Source: Octopus sinensis
Lineage: Eukaryota
NCBI RefSeq assembly: GCF_006345805.1
Contig: NC_043004.1
Location: 26,536,001 to 26,600,000, forward strand
Reading direction: 5' to 3'
DNA: 64,000 nucleotides
Shown: piece after piece, positions 1-11,626 of the stretch
Numbering within the stretch: position 1 is the first letter of the stretch
How the letters are laid out: each line of letters starts with the position of its first letter
Position numbers and translations under genes: made by a program
The notes under the pieces: generated by a model
Databases searched by the model: none
Told to the model about the DNA's origin: nothing
Seen by the model: only the letters and a program-made list of their open reading frames with translations

Positions 1-499
1 TTTTGTGTGCGGAGAGAGGGAAGAGGGGAAAAGAGTGACATGGTGATTAGGCTTGGATGAATTGCAATTTAATTTGACGCTTGTGTGCTTTGAACTAAGA
101 ACGTAGATTTAACTCTCCTGCCTTCCACCACTTTGACATACATTTAAGATTGTAACAGGAACAGCGGTTCTTCTGAAAAAAAAAATGAATATCTTACAAG
201 TCATTCAGTCACTGATAAAAAAAGCATTCACAAAAATCATTTAAGAAGCAACGCAACAAGGTATCCTGAGAGCAAACCAAGATCAATATTGGAATCAATT
301 ATGAAGAGAGGTTGTCAAATCAAAGATTAAAATTGTATCCAAGAATAAATTTAATGACTATTGAAATAACCTTCAGTTTGAAATATGGGTAAGTTGACAT
401 TTATAGATTTAGGGTATCAGACATAAAAGTTGAAATTAATGTTATCGTTTTTTATTTTTTTTATATTAACTTGGGTTGGATAAAGTTGCAGTTTCATAT

Positions 500-3470
500 A
501 ATACCGCTTGTCTTGATTTTGCGTCTTGATTTCTTATGTAGAATTCAATATGCTAAGATTTGATCCCACCACTTCTCGTTAAGTAGTTCTTTGTCTTCCT
601 TTGATGTCAATACTTTTATTGACATCATAGAACTTATGCAGCCAAGAATCACTGTCCATTCATATCCCTTATTCACACAATTATAGTTGTTTTTTTACTT
701 TCAATGCCTAATTGGGGTCAACCGTTTTCTGCTCTGTTGTTCATGCAAGATAATGTGGAAAATCTAGTAGAACGTATTCATTTTACTCATTTCAGAAAAT
801 TCCAATATCTTCTAACCATGCAGAACCTTTTATTACTATAGCTATTGTTTTGTCACTAAAACCAAGTTTAGTACCAATTAGTGCCTTTGGATAATCGTGA
901 ACAGTACAAATCCTATTTCTTCTTCAACTATATTATTCACAGAAAGGTAAATGACTAATTTTCTTTCGTAAAACGTGGGAATATTTATAAATTATGCTAC
1001 CGGACAATTGATATTTCTGACTAGTTCATAATATATTTACCAATATATTATGGGGCAGTTGTAGAATTAGGGCCAAGCAACTGAACTTAACCTATCGGTT
1101 TTCATTCACAATTATAAATGTTCTTTCGGAATTACATCAGTAAAGTTGATGTGAAATACCATGCATGTCATACCATCACATTCCCTATATCTCGGTGTTT
1201 GATAACTACGTGTTGGTATTGCTTATAAATGTAATTTGAAATCTAGCATTTCGATTTAATAAACCTTCTTTTACAAGATAATTTAATAATAAAGATTTCT
1301 AAAATGTGTTAATATTACGAAGAAAAACACATTCAAGTTTGAATAAAGACATCAAGCAATAATAAGATAAATAACTACATTGACAAAATTGTAATAATAT
1401 CTATGAAATGAGAGAGAAGAATGCAATACAAACCAAGTATAGACTAATATCTCCATTAATGTAGTTAAATAAATCTAATAGTCTCCCCATTTATCCTATC
1501 GATGTAATAACATTACGTCGAGGGTTTTATAAGTTTGCATTAACAACAAAGATTTCTGCTAATGCATTCAATAATTTTTGCGTAGGATTTCTTATGTTTT
1601 CTACTTATTCTCCACGGTATTCTCGCACTTGAATTTCTTCCACTATTTTTTCCCTTCATTCTATTTTTTTTTATTTTCACTTATTTTCTTGGTTATTTGC
1701 TTTCTACACTATCATCGTTTTCTGTTATTGTTGATGTTGTTGTTCTTGTTTCTTGCTTTAGAGAAATTGTTATTCTTGACGTCTATTTTTACAAAATATC
1801 TGGTTGTAGGAAGAGATTGATGCTGATAGCTAGAACGCTGAAAGAAAACTTATTTGCTCAATTATTGGTGCCAACTTTGATAAATATATAAGAACCACTA
1901 TATTGCATATTTGGCAACATGTTCATGGTTATCAATGTGACACATGGTTCTAAGCTGGAATTCTACCAAAAGACAGCTCTTTTATTTTTGGATATTCAAT
2001 GAATAAATTCTAGTAATTCTTGCGAATCGCAACAAACTAAGATGTTCGTTCACGGTTTACCTGTCAAACTTTTATCAGCAAATATATTTCACCTGTGCCA
2101 CGATGCATCACACGTGTTTCAAATCTTGGTACAAAGCTAGCAGTTTTTTTCACAGAAAGGGCTAAGTCGATTACATCGACCTTAGTGCTCAGCTGGTACC
2201 TATTCTATCGACTCCGAAAAGACGAAAGGCAAAGTCGACATCGGTGGAATTCCAACTCAGAACGTAAAAATGAAATGCCGTTAAGCATTTTGCCCAGCGT
2301 GCTAACGATTCTGCTAGTTCGTAATAAAATACATTTCAGCTTTAATCCACGTAAGCAGGTGGAAGCACACATTACTGTTGTAATGAGGGAAGGGACTATA
2401 TAACTGGTGCTGGAATCAGATTCTCCTACAAAAGAAAATACAGAATCACCTCTTTATGCTCTTCTTACTTCCTCTTTCCTTCTCATCCAATATATTAAAG
2501 TCTACCATGGAGTTTCATATGCCATCTAAGCACCATAGAGTTTAGGATTGAATAAAATTTCCTTAAAAACAGCCATTTCTTACACCCCGCTGGGTATAAA
2601 CTTGCCTTTTATTTCTTCAAAGCTTTCAAGTTCCCTTGCTTTCTCTCTAATCGTCGTCAAATATATTCATTTCATCCGTCTACTTTGTCCATCATTGTCC
2701 TCTATATTAATTACGGGTTTGGGAGATCCAATCTTCTAGAGTTTTCACTTAACTTTTGTCCTTCGTTTTCTCGCCATATCCTACCCAACCCCATTTCAAC
2801 GATTTTAATAAGCTGACAATGTCATTACGCTTTATCTATCTTCAAACTCATTTCGTTTTATGATCTACTTGACATCGCAAGTATAACGATTTCTTTACTT
2901 CAGCACCAAAAGAATCTGTTTGGATGATTGTATATTCATCTTTTAATAATGGAACTTATATTTTCTTCGTAACAATCTAAATCTTTCTAACATAATCGAT
3001 CTAATTTGTGTTTTAAAAACGGTGCTAATTTCACCACAAATTCACCCCTGGTCTGAGTTATGCTGTGTGATAGATCCAACTTTACTATCTAGAAACATAT
3101 TTTTGTGAACCCTGAAATAATCCAAAAATTAACTAAGCACTAAAACCAACGAAGTCACATAAAGTTTGATGAATATGATATATCTGTTTATTTCTTTACT
3201 TAATCGCCGGACTGAACCCTAAGAAGTAAGAAAATTCGCATCGAACTAGAATAACTGTCTTCCTCATACCTTTCAATCAACTCACACCCCACAAACACCT
3301 ATTTCTCTCCTATCGTTCTCTTTTCACTCTTCCTATGCAAACACCACACTTTATTCTCATTTACTTTACCTAACAGAAGAATCTTCAGCCAAAAACTGTC
3401 AGAAGAGCCAAAATAAACCACAAACTGATTCCAATTCAATGTCAAAATTTTCTTCGTAAAAGTTAATAAA
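500..3470 (-). pseudogene. Block of decayed, unidentified minus-strand reading frames (possible endogenous viral or large DNA-transposon relic), interrupted by a SINE
   Basis: Manual translation gives protein-like stretches broken by isolated stops, e.g. ~2778-2390 MARKRRTKVK*KL*KIGSPKPVINIEDNDGQSRRMK*IYLTTIREKARELESFEEIKGKFIPSGV*EMAVFKEILFNPKLYGA*MAYETPW*TLIYWMRRKEEVRR and ~918-795 NRICTVHDYPKALIGTKLGFSDKTIAIVIKGSAWLEDIGIF. The region has no microsatellites. Family not recognised. Confidence 0.3.
2117..2321 (-). mobile_element. SINE fragment (same family as 49112-49310 and 53105-53915)
   Basis: Shares the AAGTCGATTACATCGACC...GAAAGGCAAAGTCGAC...AACTCAGAACGT core with several other copies in the window. 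Confidence 0.8.
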
Positions 3471-3552
3471 CATGTATTCTATTAAAAATGTTAATGTTAA
3501 ATTGTTTTTATTTATAGCTTCACATAAAAAGTAACGTATATAAACCTATATA

Positions 3553-4500
3553 CGAGGGGGTACCCAAAAGAAACCGGAATTTTGCAATATTATTTTGTTC
3601 CCTTAGTTTTAAATGAAATTTTGCTTTTATCGCCTTCAAAGTGTTCTCCAAGCAATGCACCAATCCAGACGCATTTTCCTCTGTTCGAAGCAGTCCTGGA
3701 ACTCTTTTGAAATGATGCCTTTTAACGCCTCCGTCGTTTTTTCCTTCATCTCTTTCACATCTACAGGATGTTTTCATTCGGGGTGGGGACACAAAAAGTT
3801 GTTGGGAACAAGACTGGGTGAATTGGGAGGGTAGGTAAGCCAGGTCATGCCATTCTTGGTCATAAACTGTCTCACACCCAAAGCGGTGTGCGTAGGCGTA
3901 TTGTCGGGATGAAGCAACCACCAGCTCCACTTTTCCATAAGTCGTAGCGTTTTCCTCTCACCGTGTCTCGCAAATGTTTGGTTAAGAGTTTGATCAGGAG
4001 GAACATATTCTGTGTGTCAATTCCTTTCGCGTCGATGAAACAAATCAGTATCGTCTTGACACTGGACTTCACTTGACGCACTTTTTTTGGGGGGGGGGGG
4101 GGCGAAGTGACATTGAATGCTTCCATTGGCTTGATTGTTGCATCGTTTCTGTGACTGCTTTTGATCTTCCATGAGCAAGCGAAGCGCAAATTCCTTGTCA
4201 GGCGCTTCATGACGCTCTAATCATATTAACAAGTTCGTCAATTGTTCGGTGACGGTCCTCCAAGGTCATTTCATGAATTTTCGAGATGTTTTCATTCGTT
4301 CGGGAGGTTGACGGTCACCCTGAACGAGGTTGGCCTTCAAGCGACAAGTGACCATTCCTAAAGCATAAAAACCACTGATAAACTTGTGTTTTACTCATGG
4401 CAACGTCCTTGTAAGCTGTTTGAAGCATGACAACTGTTTTGACCGCTGTTTTTCCCAGCAGAAAACAGAATTCCACGGAAGCACGCTGTTCCTTCGTAGT
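3553..4500 (-). mobile_element. Degenerate mariner transposon
   Basis: TA followed by CGAGGGGGTACCCAAAAGAAACCGGAAT terminal repeat. Minus-strand remnants PPPKKVRQVKSSVKTILICFIDAKGI and LPPNSPSLVP (YSPDLAP-like). Frameshifted. Confidence 0.85.
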
Positions 4501-5550
4501 TGATCATTAAATTTCTTTATTTTGATGAAAGGGAATAACCTGAAGTTTCTATGCACAAATATCTAAATGTTTTCTACATGGAACGTTTCCAAGAGATGAA
4601 TATTTAATTTGCTGTTTACGTACTCCCCCGCGATGTATTAAACTTTTATCTTGTTATCTGATATAATTCTCCTTGTATTGTGGAAGTGTGATGTAGTAAA
4701 TGAAATGTTTTGTTTCGCAATTCATATTCATTTTAGTCTTCAGTTTCTTTCCATATTTGAAAATTTTGAGTTTTCCCTGTTCACACGTCCCAAACCAAAG
4801 ATATTCACATATTATTTTCCTCAATTATTTCTTCTGTTGTGGATTTCAACTTTGTTAAGGGTCTTTTAATATCTGATGGCTGATTTCAGCTGTTGATAAT
4901 TTGTGATTTTTAAATTATTTTTCTGAGATTTGATGAGAATTTGAAGGTATCGTTTTGTTCGAATGTAAGGCGTTATGATTTCCAGGATTATGGGTGACTA
5001 CAAACGGAACATTTATGCTTTTGCTTTTGAGTTCAACCTCGAGGATTTCTTTTACCTTGGTTATGGGATAATTCACTAAGTTTTTTTTTTTTGGTTTCTG
5101 ATGAAATATTTTTAGTCCTACTAATCATTTCCATGACTATCGAGTATATACATCTTATATTAAATCAAGTGTTCTTTTTAAAATAGGATGAGCGGCTAGA
5201 TCTAGGATCTAAGTATTGGTATATATCTGTATGCTTGTCGCAGAGATGTCTAAAAAGGAAGTTTCCTTTCATTCATTTCCATGGTAAATTGAATGCGATT
5301 TATTAATTTAAGGAATCTTATAAGGTCTTCCTAGTTTCTCTTCCTGAATATGAAGAAATCATCCAGTAATCTTTTTCCAGCTTTTGTTTTCAATAAGATT
5401 GAAAATGGTGATCAGAATTAATCGCAATCAGGCATAAAGTTTTTCTTCAACGTATCCTGTCACTACTGCTTCAAACGTGTGGCAACTTTCATGTCAATTT
5501 CCCTGAGTATTTGAAGGTAATATTGATTATCAAAGAGGAAGTATTCTCTT
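4500..5550 (-). mobile_element. Penelope-like element remnant (RT core to GIY-YIG region)
   Basis: Minus-strand YFLFDNQYYLQI, WKRLLDDFFIF, IQFTMEMNERKLPFLDI and QYLDPRSS across frameshifts match the PLE RT motif order. Confidence 0.7.
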
Positions 5551-5595
5551 TAGTATAAAACAGCAACCTTGGACGTGGAACGATATACATTATTT

Positions 5596-5883
5596 ACATT
5601 ATTTACATTTGACGGATATTTGTCCTTATCTTGTTTGTTGCTAACACAATGTTTCGGCTGATATACCCTCCAGCCTTCATCAGGTGTCTTGGGGAAATTT
5701 CGAACCTTGGTTCTTATTCCTAAGGTATTTTTCGATGTTATTATTATTATTATTGTTGTTGTTGTTGTTGTTGTTATCATTATTATTATTCAGGTCACTG
5801 CTTAGAATCGAGCTTGGAATCTTGGGGTCAGTAGCCCGCGCTCTTAACCTCTATGCCATATACCCGTCAATTGTAAATAATGT
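5596..5883 (-). mobile_element. Short element: tRNA-like head, (AAT/AAC)n, hammerhead motif, 23-bp inverted ends
   Basis: Minus-strand A-box-like TGGCATAGAGG and B-box-like GCTCGATTC (5860-5800). Hammerhead at 5688-5643. Inverted ends 5596-5618 and 5861-5883 match at 21/23. Confidence 0.65.
5643..5688 (-). ncRNA. Minimal type-I hammerhead ribozyme motif
   Basis: GACAC-CUGAUGA-a-GGCUG(loop)CAGCC-GAAA-C[A]-UU-GUGUU. Stems I and II pair; minimal stem III with a probable CpG mutation. Confidence 0.7.
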
Positions 5884-6155
5884 GCATAATTCCTCATCTC
5901 TTAAATATAGAACTGTATGGAACGATATGTCAACTAATTGCGTTCTGATAACAATATCTGCAACCAGACTGCTGCTGGAGCTGTGTTGAACCTGTCTTCT
6001 TGGGAACCATCACTTCCTCATGGTTGGGAAACTTGCATATAAGAGCAACAATCGGCTTTCCTAGAAAAAAGTTTTACCTCGACATACCTGTGTCTTGAAG
6101 AGAAATATTTGTGGTGCAGATTTTTGCTGTTACAAGGCATATGGATTCACTGAAT

Positions 6156-6401
6156 ACCTACTTACCGACCTACCTACTTACCTACCTACCTACCTACCTA
6201 CCTACCTACCTACCTACCTACCTACCTACCTACCTACCTACCTACATACCTACCTACCTACCTACCTGCTTGCCTATATACATACACACATAAGTGTTCG
6301 TGTGTGCTCATCTGAGTGTGTAGGTATATATAGATGTGCACATTTTCATAAATGTATGCCTGTATATATATATCTGTATATATATGTATGCATATATATA
6401 T

Positions 6402-6460
<59 letters not shown>

Positions 6461-6560
6461 GTGTGTGTGAGTGTGTGTATACTTATATATATGTATATAT
6501 ATGTATATATATATATATATGTATATATATATGTGTGTGTGTGTTCACACATACATATAA
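6156..6560. repeat. (TACC)n, (TA)n and (TG)n compound microsatellite
   Basis: Directly visible. Confidence 0.95.
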
Positions 6561-7661
6561 CGAATACCTTCCTAGCTTCTAAGCTACGATTTGAAACCGA
6601 ATCTACATTTTCCTACCTGTTCCTTTCTTATTGTTGTCGACTTTTGCACTTAGAAATCTATGTGAGTCAACTGCCACACTTAGTTAAATTCTATTGTTTA
6701 AATCAACATTTTCAGGTAAATAGGGTTCAGGCAGATAAGAGACGGAAAATCCTTTGTCTAACCTATCCAAATTTAGAGAAAATATAAATACAGAGCCCAA
6801 ACTTTGTTGTTCCCTTTTCTTGGCGCCGACGGAGGAAGCACCTTATGTGAGGGACAGATTTTACCCCCTCTGCTTGTTTAGATCCTCTTGCTCTTTCTCC
6901 TTTTCCCTTTCAGACAAGTTTTCTACCAATCATCCTCAGATGAAGTTAACTACCAACAGAATAGATAACGCAAGAGAAAATTAATCATTGAGTAACAACT
7001 CAAAGAAGTTGTATCAAAGAAGTTGTAACGATGAAAATAAAGGGCTTTTTCAACTAATAATGTTTTCTTCCTGTCATTTATTTGGTTCCAACAATCGTTA
7101 CTTATATATAATGCTTCCTCTTTTTTTTTGCATCTTTCCGTGTTTAGTCTTTGTTCATGTGAAAGTGAATATACTAAAATACAAACGAAAATGAAAACAA
7201 AGGAAACGAAGGAGAAAAGCAAAACAGACACTGAGAGACGGACACAACATGAAACAATACAGAAAAAAAAACTAATAGATATCATACTTTCTTGGTGTAA
7301 TTAGGAAGACAGACCATATTGACAGGGGTTTTAAATGTGGTGGTTTTCTAAATCAAAATGGTTTTTTGTTTCATTCTCAACATAAAACAGGTTAATTAAA
7401 GTAATTGATATACTAATAATAATCTTATCAAATAAATCCTCAAAATCATTTGCACGTCGCTACCAATTTTCGTTGTAGTTCTCATAGCATACACCTGGTA
7501 GTATGAAACATTTTAACTCAGCAAACTCACTTCTAGAAATAAGTATTTATATATATATATATATATATAATTTTAATCCAAACGGGAAACAAAAAAACAA
7601 CAACAATGGAACAATTACAGTATTATTATTAATAGGCGCTCAGGAAAAGGAAGCAGGGAGG

Positions 7662-7698
7662 TATGACGTTTCGAGCGGAGCTCTTCGTCGGAAACATA
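7662..7698 (-). ncRNA. Degenerate minimal hammerhead motif (CCGACGA core)
   Basis: CCGACGA-a-GAGC(UCC)GCUC-GAAA-CG-UC. Stem I is weak. Confidence 0.5.
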
Positions 7699-8429
7699 AA
7701 GAAGGAGAGAGAGGAAAGAAAGATCCCAGAGCGGGCAACAGGGAAAGAGAAGAAAAACGACTGGTGTTTACGAGTTGCACATGTGTGAAAGGCGGATGTT
7801 TACGAAAACAGAGCAAAGTGGGTTTTTAAAGGCAAAAGAGTGGAGACAAGGTTGGTAACGCCAACAGATGTGTGTGTGGTGAGTGTGTGCGTGTGCGGGT
7901 GGTATGTGTGGTTGTGTGAGGCGAGATGAAAAAACAAAAAAATATATTATGTGTGTGTTAGTGTGTGCGTCTGTGTGTAGGTGTGTGAGGTAGGGCGAGA
8001 TAGTGGTCAGCTTAGCAGACAAAGGTCAGTAGTAAGAAAAAGAAGGAAGGAGGAAGGGAGGGGGGAAGGGGTGGGGGCGTATGTAGCGTGCCAGCGTTTG
8101 TTGAGTAGTAGTGTGTGTGTGTGTCCAGTGTCGTGGTGGTATAAATGGCGAGTAGATTGAATGTGTGTAAGAGTAATGTATATATTTAAGCAATGTGTGT
8201 ATGTGTGCGCGTGTGTGTAACGAAAAAGGGGGGGGGGTTAAGGAAAAAGGACTCCAGCTGAGGGGAAGATGGAAGAGTGGTCCCGCGGAGGCGGGCGTGG
8301 GAAAACCCAACGACACGCGACGGTCCCAGGAACGGGCGGGAGGTCTTGTCGGTTCCAAGAGCGAGGTGCCTGCGGAGCGTATGCGTACGCGAACCGGCGC
8401 AAGCGCGTGCGTGCGCGAGCCTGCGAGTA

Positions 8430-8551
8430 TGTGCGTAAGTATGTATGTGTGTGGATGTGTGAGTGTGTCTGTGTGTATGTCCGGGTGGCAGTGTGTCCGA
8501 TGAATGTATGTGAGTATGTGTGTATGTATGTGTGTGCATAGATGTATGTCC

Positions 8552-8584
<33 letters not shown>

Positions 8585-9665
8585 TGAGTGTGTATGTATG
8601 TACGTGTGGGTGTGGGGAAGTGTGTGTATGTGCATGTGTGTGCGCGTACATACAGGTGTGTGAGTGAGTGTGCGTGTGTGTATGTATGTGTGAGTGTGTA
8701 TGTATGTGTGTGTAGGATGCATGTATGTGTATGGGTGTATGTATGCGTGTGTGTATGTATGTGTACGTGCGTGTGTGTGTGTGTATGCGTGTAGGTGTGC
8801 GCGTGTGCATGCATGCATGCATGCATGTGCGTATGTGTGTGTGTGTGTGTGCATGTGTGTGGGTATATATGTATGTGCGTATATGTGTGTGTGTGTGCGT
8901 ACATGTGTGTGTGTGTATGCATGTGTGTGTATGTAGGTGTTTGGGCGTGTGTGTATAGGTGTATGTATGTAAGTATGTATGGGTGTGTCCGTGTATGTGT
9001 GTGTATGTATGTGTGTGTATGTAGGTGTGTGGGCGTGTGTATGTATGTGTGTGTATGTAGGTGTGTGGGCGTGTGTATATGTGTGTGTATGTAGGTGTGT
9101 GGGCGTGTGTATATAGGTGTATGTGTGTATGTCTGGGTGTGTCCGTGCATGTTTGTGTGTGTGTGTGTGTATGCATGTGTATGTAGGTGTGTGTGTACGT
9201 GTGTAATGTATGTGTGTATGCGTGTGTATGCGTGCGTGTGTGTATGTAGGTGCGTGTGTATGTGTGTGGGAGTGTAGGTGTGTGTGTGCGTGTGCGTGTG
9301 CGTGTTTATGTTGGTGTGTGCGTATGTGAGTGTGAGTGTATGGGGGGTTGTCATGCATGTGTGTGCGCGTGCAGGTGAGTGTGTGTGTAAGTATGTGTGT
9401 GTGTATGTTTGTGTGAGTGTGTATGTGTGTATGTCTGTGTGTATGTATGTGCGTATAGGAGTATGTGGGTATGTGTGTGTGTATGTATATGGGTGTATGT
9501 ATGTATGTGTGTGTGTGTGCATGTGTATAAGTATATGTGTGTGTGCGTATGTGTGTATATGTGTATGTGTGTGTGTTTATGTATGTGTGTATGTATATAT
9601 ATATATATATAAGTGTGTATGTATAGATATATGTATAAAAGTATATGTATGTGTGTGTGTGTGTA
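8430..9665. repeat. ~1.2-kb complex (GT)/(GTAT) microsatellite
   Basis: Directly visible; source of the His/Thr- and Cys/Val-rich spurious ORFs. Confidence 0.95.
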
Positions 9666-9667
9666 AG

Positions 9668-10115
9668 TGTACAAGGGTTGTCTGAAAAGTTCATAGGTTG
9701 ACTTTGAAGGATTGATGCTAAATCTGTGAAATTTGCATGCATTAATTTCATCTCTTTTTTAAATTAATAACTGCATTGTTTCTTTCCAGATAAACTGATT
9801 TCTCACTGTTTAAAAACTTCAAGGATCTTTACCTTTTGAGCGACAGATTTAAAAAATAATTTTTTGTAACTAAACACTTACAAACTTCGGACACTGGTAG
9901 AATGTATCATATAAAACATCTTTTACTCTTAGCATTTTTGAGGGAAAAAAATTACTTTTACGAAGTTATTTCACGTTGAAGTTCTCATATTTCGGTTATT
10001 TCAACCAATCAATGACGTGTATTCAGCTGAATAAAATCACTGCCGTTGTTTGTCAACAACAACTATCGGCGGTGTATTTTTCGTTTGTCATTGTTATTTA
10101 TGACATCGTTCGTGT
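9668..10115. mobile_element. Mariner-type terminal fragment followed by a dispersed repeat also present inverted at ~20200-20302
   Basis: TA-CAAGGGTTGTCTGAAAAGTTCATAGG terminus. 9850-9925 is the reverse complement of 20200-20280. Confidence 0.55.
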
Positions 10116-10140
10116 GTTTGTGTGTGTGTGTGTATGTATA

Positions 10141-10540
10141 AAAAAGAAAATGGAGACGATAAATAGTTGACAAATATCAGCTTGCAAACATCAATTTGAT
10201 CTATTTATTAATTACAATCATACGGATCAATAAATAAAATAAAATATGGATAAATGAGTGAATAAAATTTTACTCTTACAGCTATTTCTACTTTTGTCCA
10301 ACTTTTGTTCAACCTTTGTAGGATCTCTGTATAATATTTGTATGCTATTTGTATGATGTGTCAACTTTGATATGCTGGACCCCGCAAAGTAGAAACCGGT
10401 GTAAGAGTAAAATTATATTCACTAATTCTTATTATTTAATTATTTATTTATCTATCCATATGATTATAATTAATAAATAGATCTAATTGATGTTTGTAAG
10501 ATGACACTTGTCAACTATTTGTCTTCTCTATTTTCTTCTT
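10141..10540. repeat. Imperfect inverted repeat (~150-bp arms) carrying hammerhead 3' halves; probable PLE pseudo-LTR derivative
   Basis: 10141-10293 is reverse-complementary to ~10386-10540. Inner ends read GAAA-TAGCTG-TA and GAAA-CCGGTG-TA. Confidence 0.7.
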
Positions 10541-10738
10541 TGCCTTATAAATTCTGGGTAAACTTTTGTTTACCTCAACTCATACCTATTATTCAATTTC
10601 GCTATTGCCTTGCAATAGTAAGCATTTGGATATAAATACATAGGTATACATCCAGTAGTATATAGGGTATTTATTATCCCGTAGATGGTGCGAGGTTATG
10701 GTTCATCACAATTCTACATTGTCTTTGCTGGTTTTATC

Positions 10739-10798
<60 letters not shown>

Positions 10799-10887
10799 CA
10801 TACATACATACATATATACATACATATACATACATATATATATATATATATAATGTATATATATATATATATATAAATGTATATATA

Positions 10888-10927
<40 letters not shown>

Positions 10928-10929
10928 TG

Positions 10930-11095
10930 TTTTCGGTTTTGGTTGACAACATAACAGCGATCTACTGCAGCATAACTTTTACCTTCCTGGGACATATCCA
11001 GTTGTTGTACCTTCTCATGGAAGCGTCATAACCTTTTTCTGGCGCTTAGGTTCACTGCCAGAAGCCTTAGAAGGTGTAGCACGTTTGGGTGGCAT
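10930..11095 (-). mobile_element. Tigger/pogo transposase N-terminal fragment (CENP-B-type HTH)
   Basis: MPPKRATPSKASGSEPKRQKKVMTL, frameshift, then [28 protein letters not shown]. Confidence 0.75.
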
Positions 11096-11275
11096 CTTAG
11101 AGCCACGCTGCGAAAAACACTGCACTCAATAAAACACTCGAGATAGCTACTGGGCGTAGTTTTTCAAAAACAAACCTTAAAAATCTTCCACCTATGGGAG
11201 ATTGACCAGAGATTGAAAATAATCATGGTATTGAAAAATTTAGTTCGTATTACCACTAGATACAGTAATCTATCC

Positions 11276-11309
<34 letters not shown>

Positions 11310-11312
<3 letters not shown>

Positions 11313-11565
11313 GCAGAAATTCAAAAAATAGTGCTCATGGGAACTGCTCATATCCTACGCAAAATACTTTCTATGTAATCTCAAGTTTTAAAACAAACAA
11401 TTTTCGTATGTTTTTTTTAGACATTCACTAGTACAACACTAAATACAAAACCAAATATATGGCACGCTAGGCATAACACCAATTTGAACTTCCAACCTGT
11501 TGTCTCTTGAGGTCTCTGGGTGAGACTTGGAGCCAACTTATACAAATATAAAGCAAAAGTCAAAC

Positions 11566-11570
<5 letters not shown>
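11310..11570 (+). mobile_element. 5'-truncated 3' end of an R4/Dong-like LINE within (TAA)n
   Basis: MAEIQKIVLMGTAHILRKILSM plus a 3' UTR highly similar to 52697-52960; (TAA)n on both sides. Confidence 0.85.

Positions 11571-11625
<55 letters not shown>

Positions 11626-11626
<1 letters not shown>

Noticed and set aside
8026-9751. 498- and 521-aa His/Thr-rich ORFs and Cys/Val-rich antisense ORFs
   Set aside because: Translations of a GT/AC microsatellite, which is open in most frames by composition
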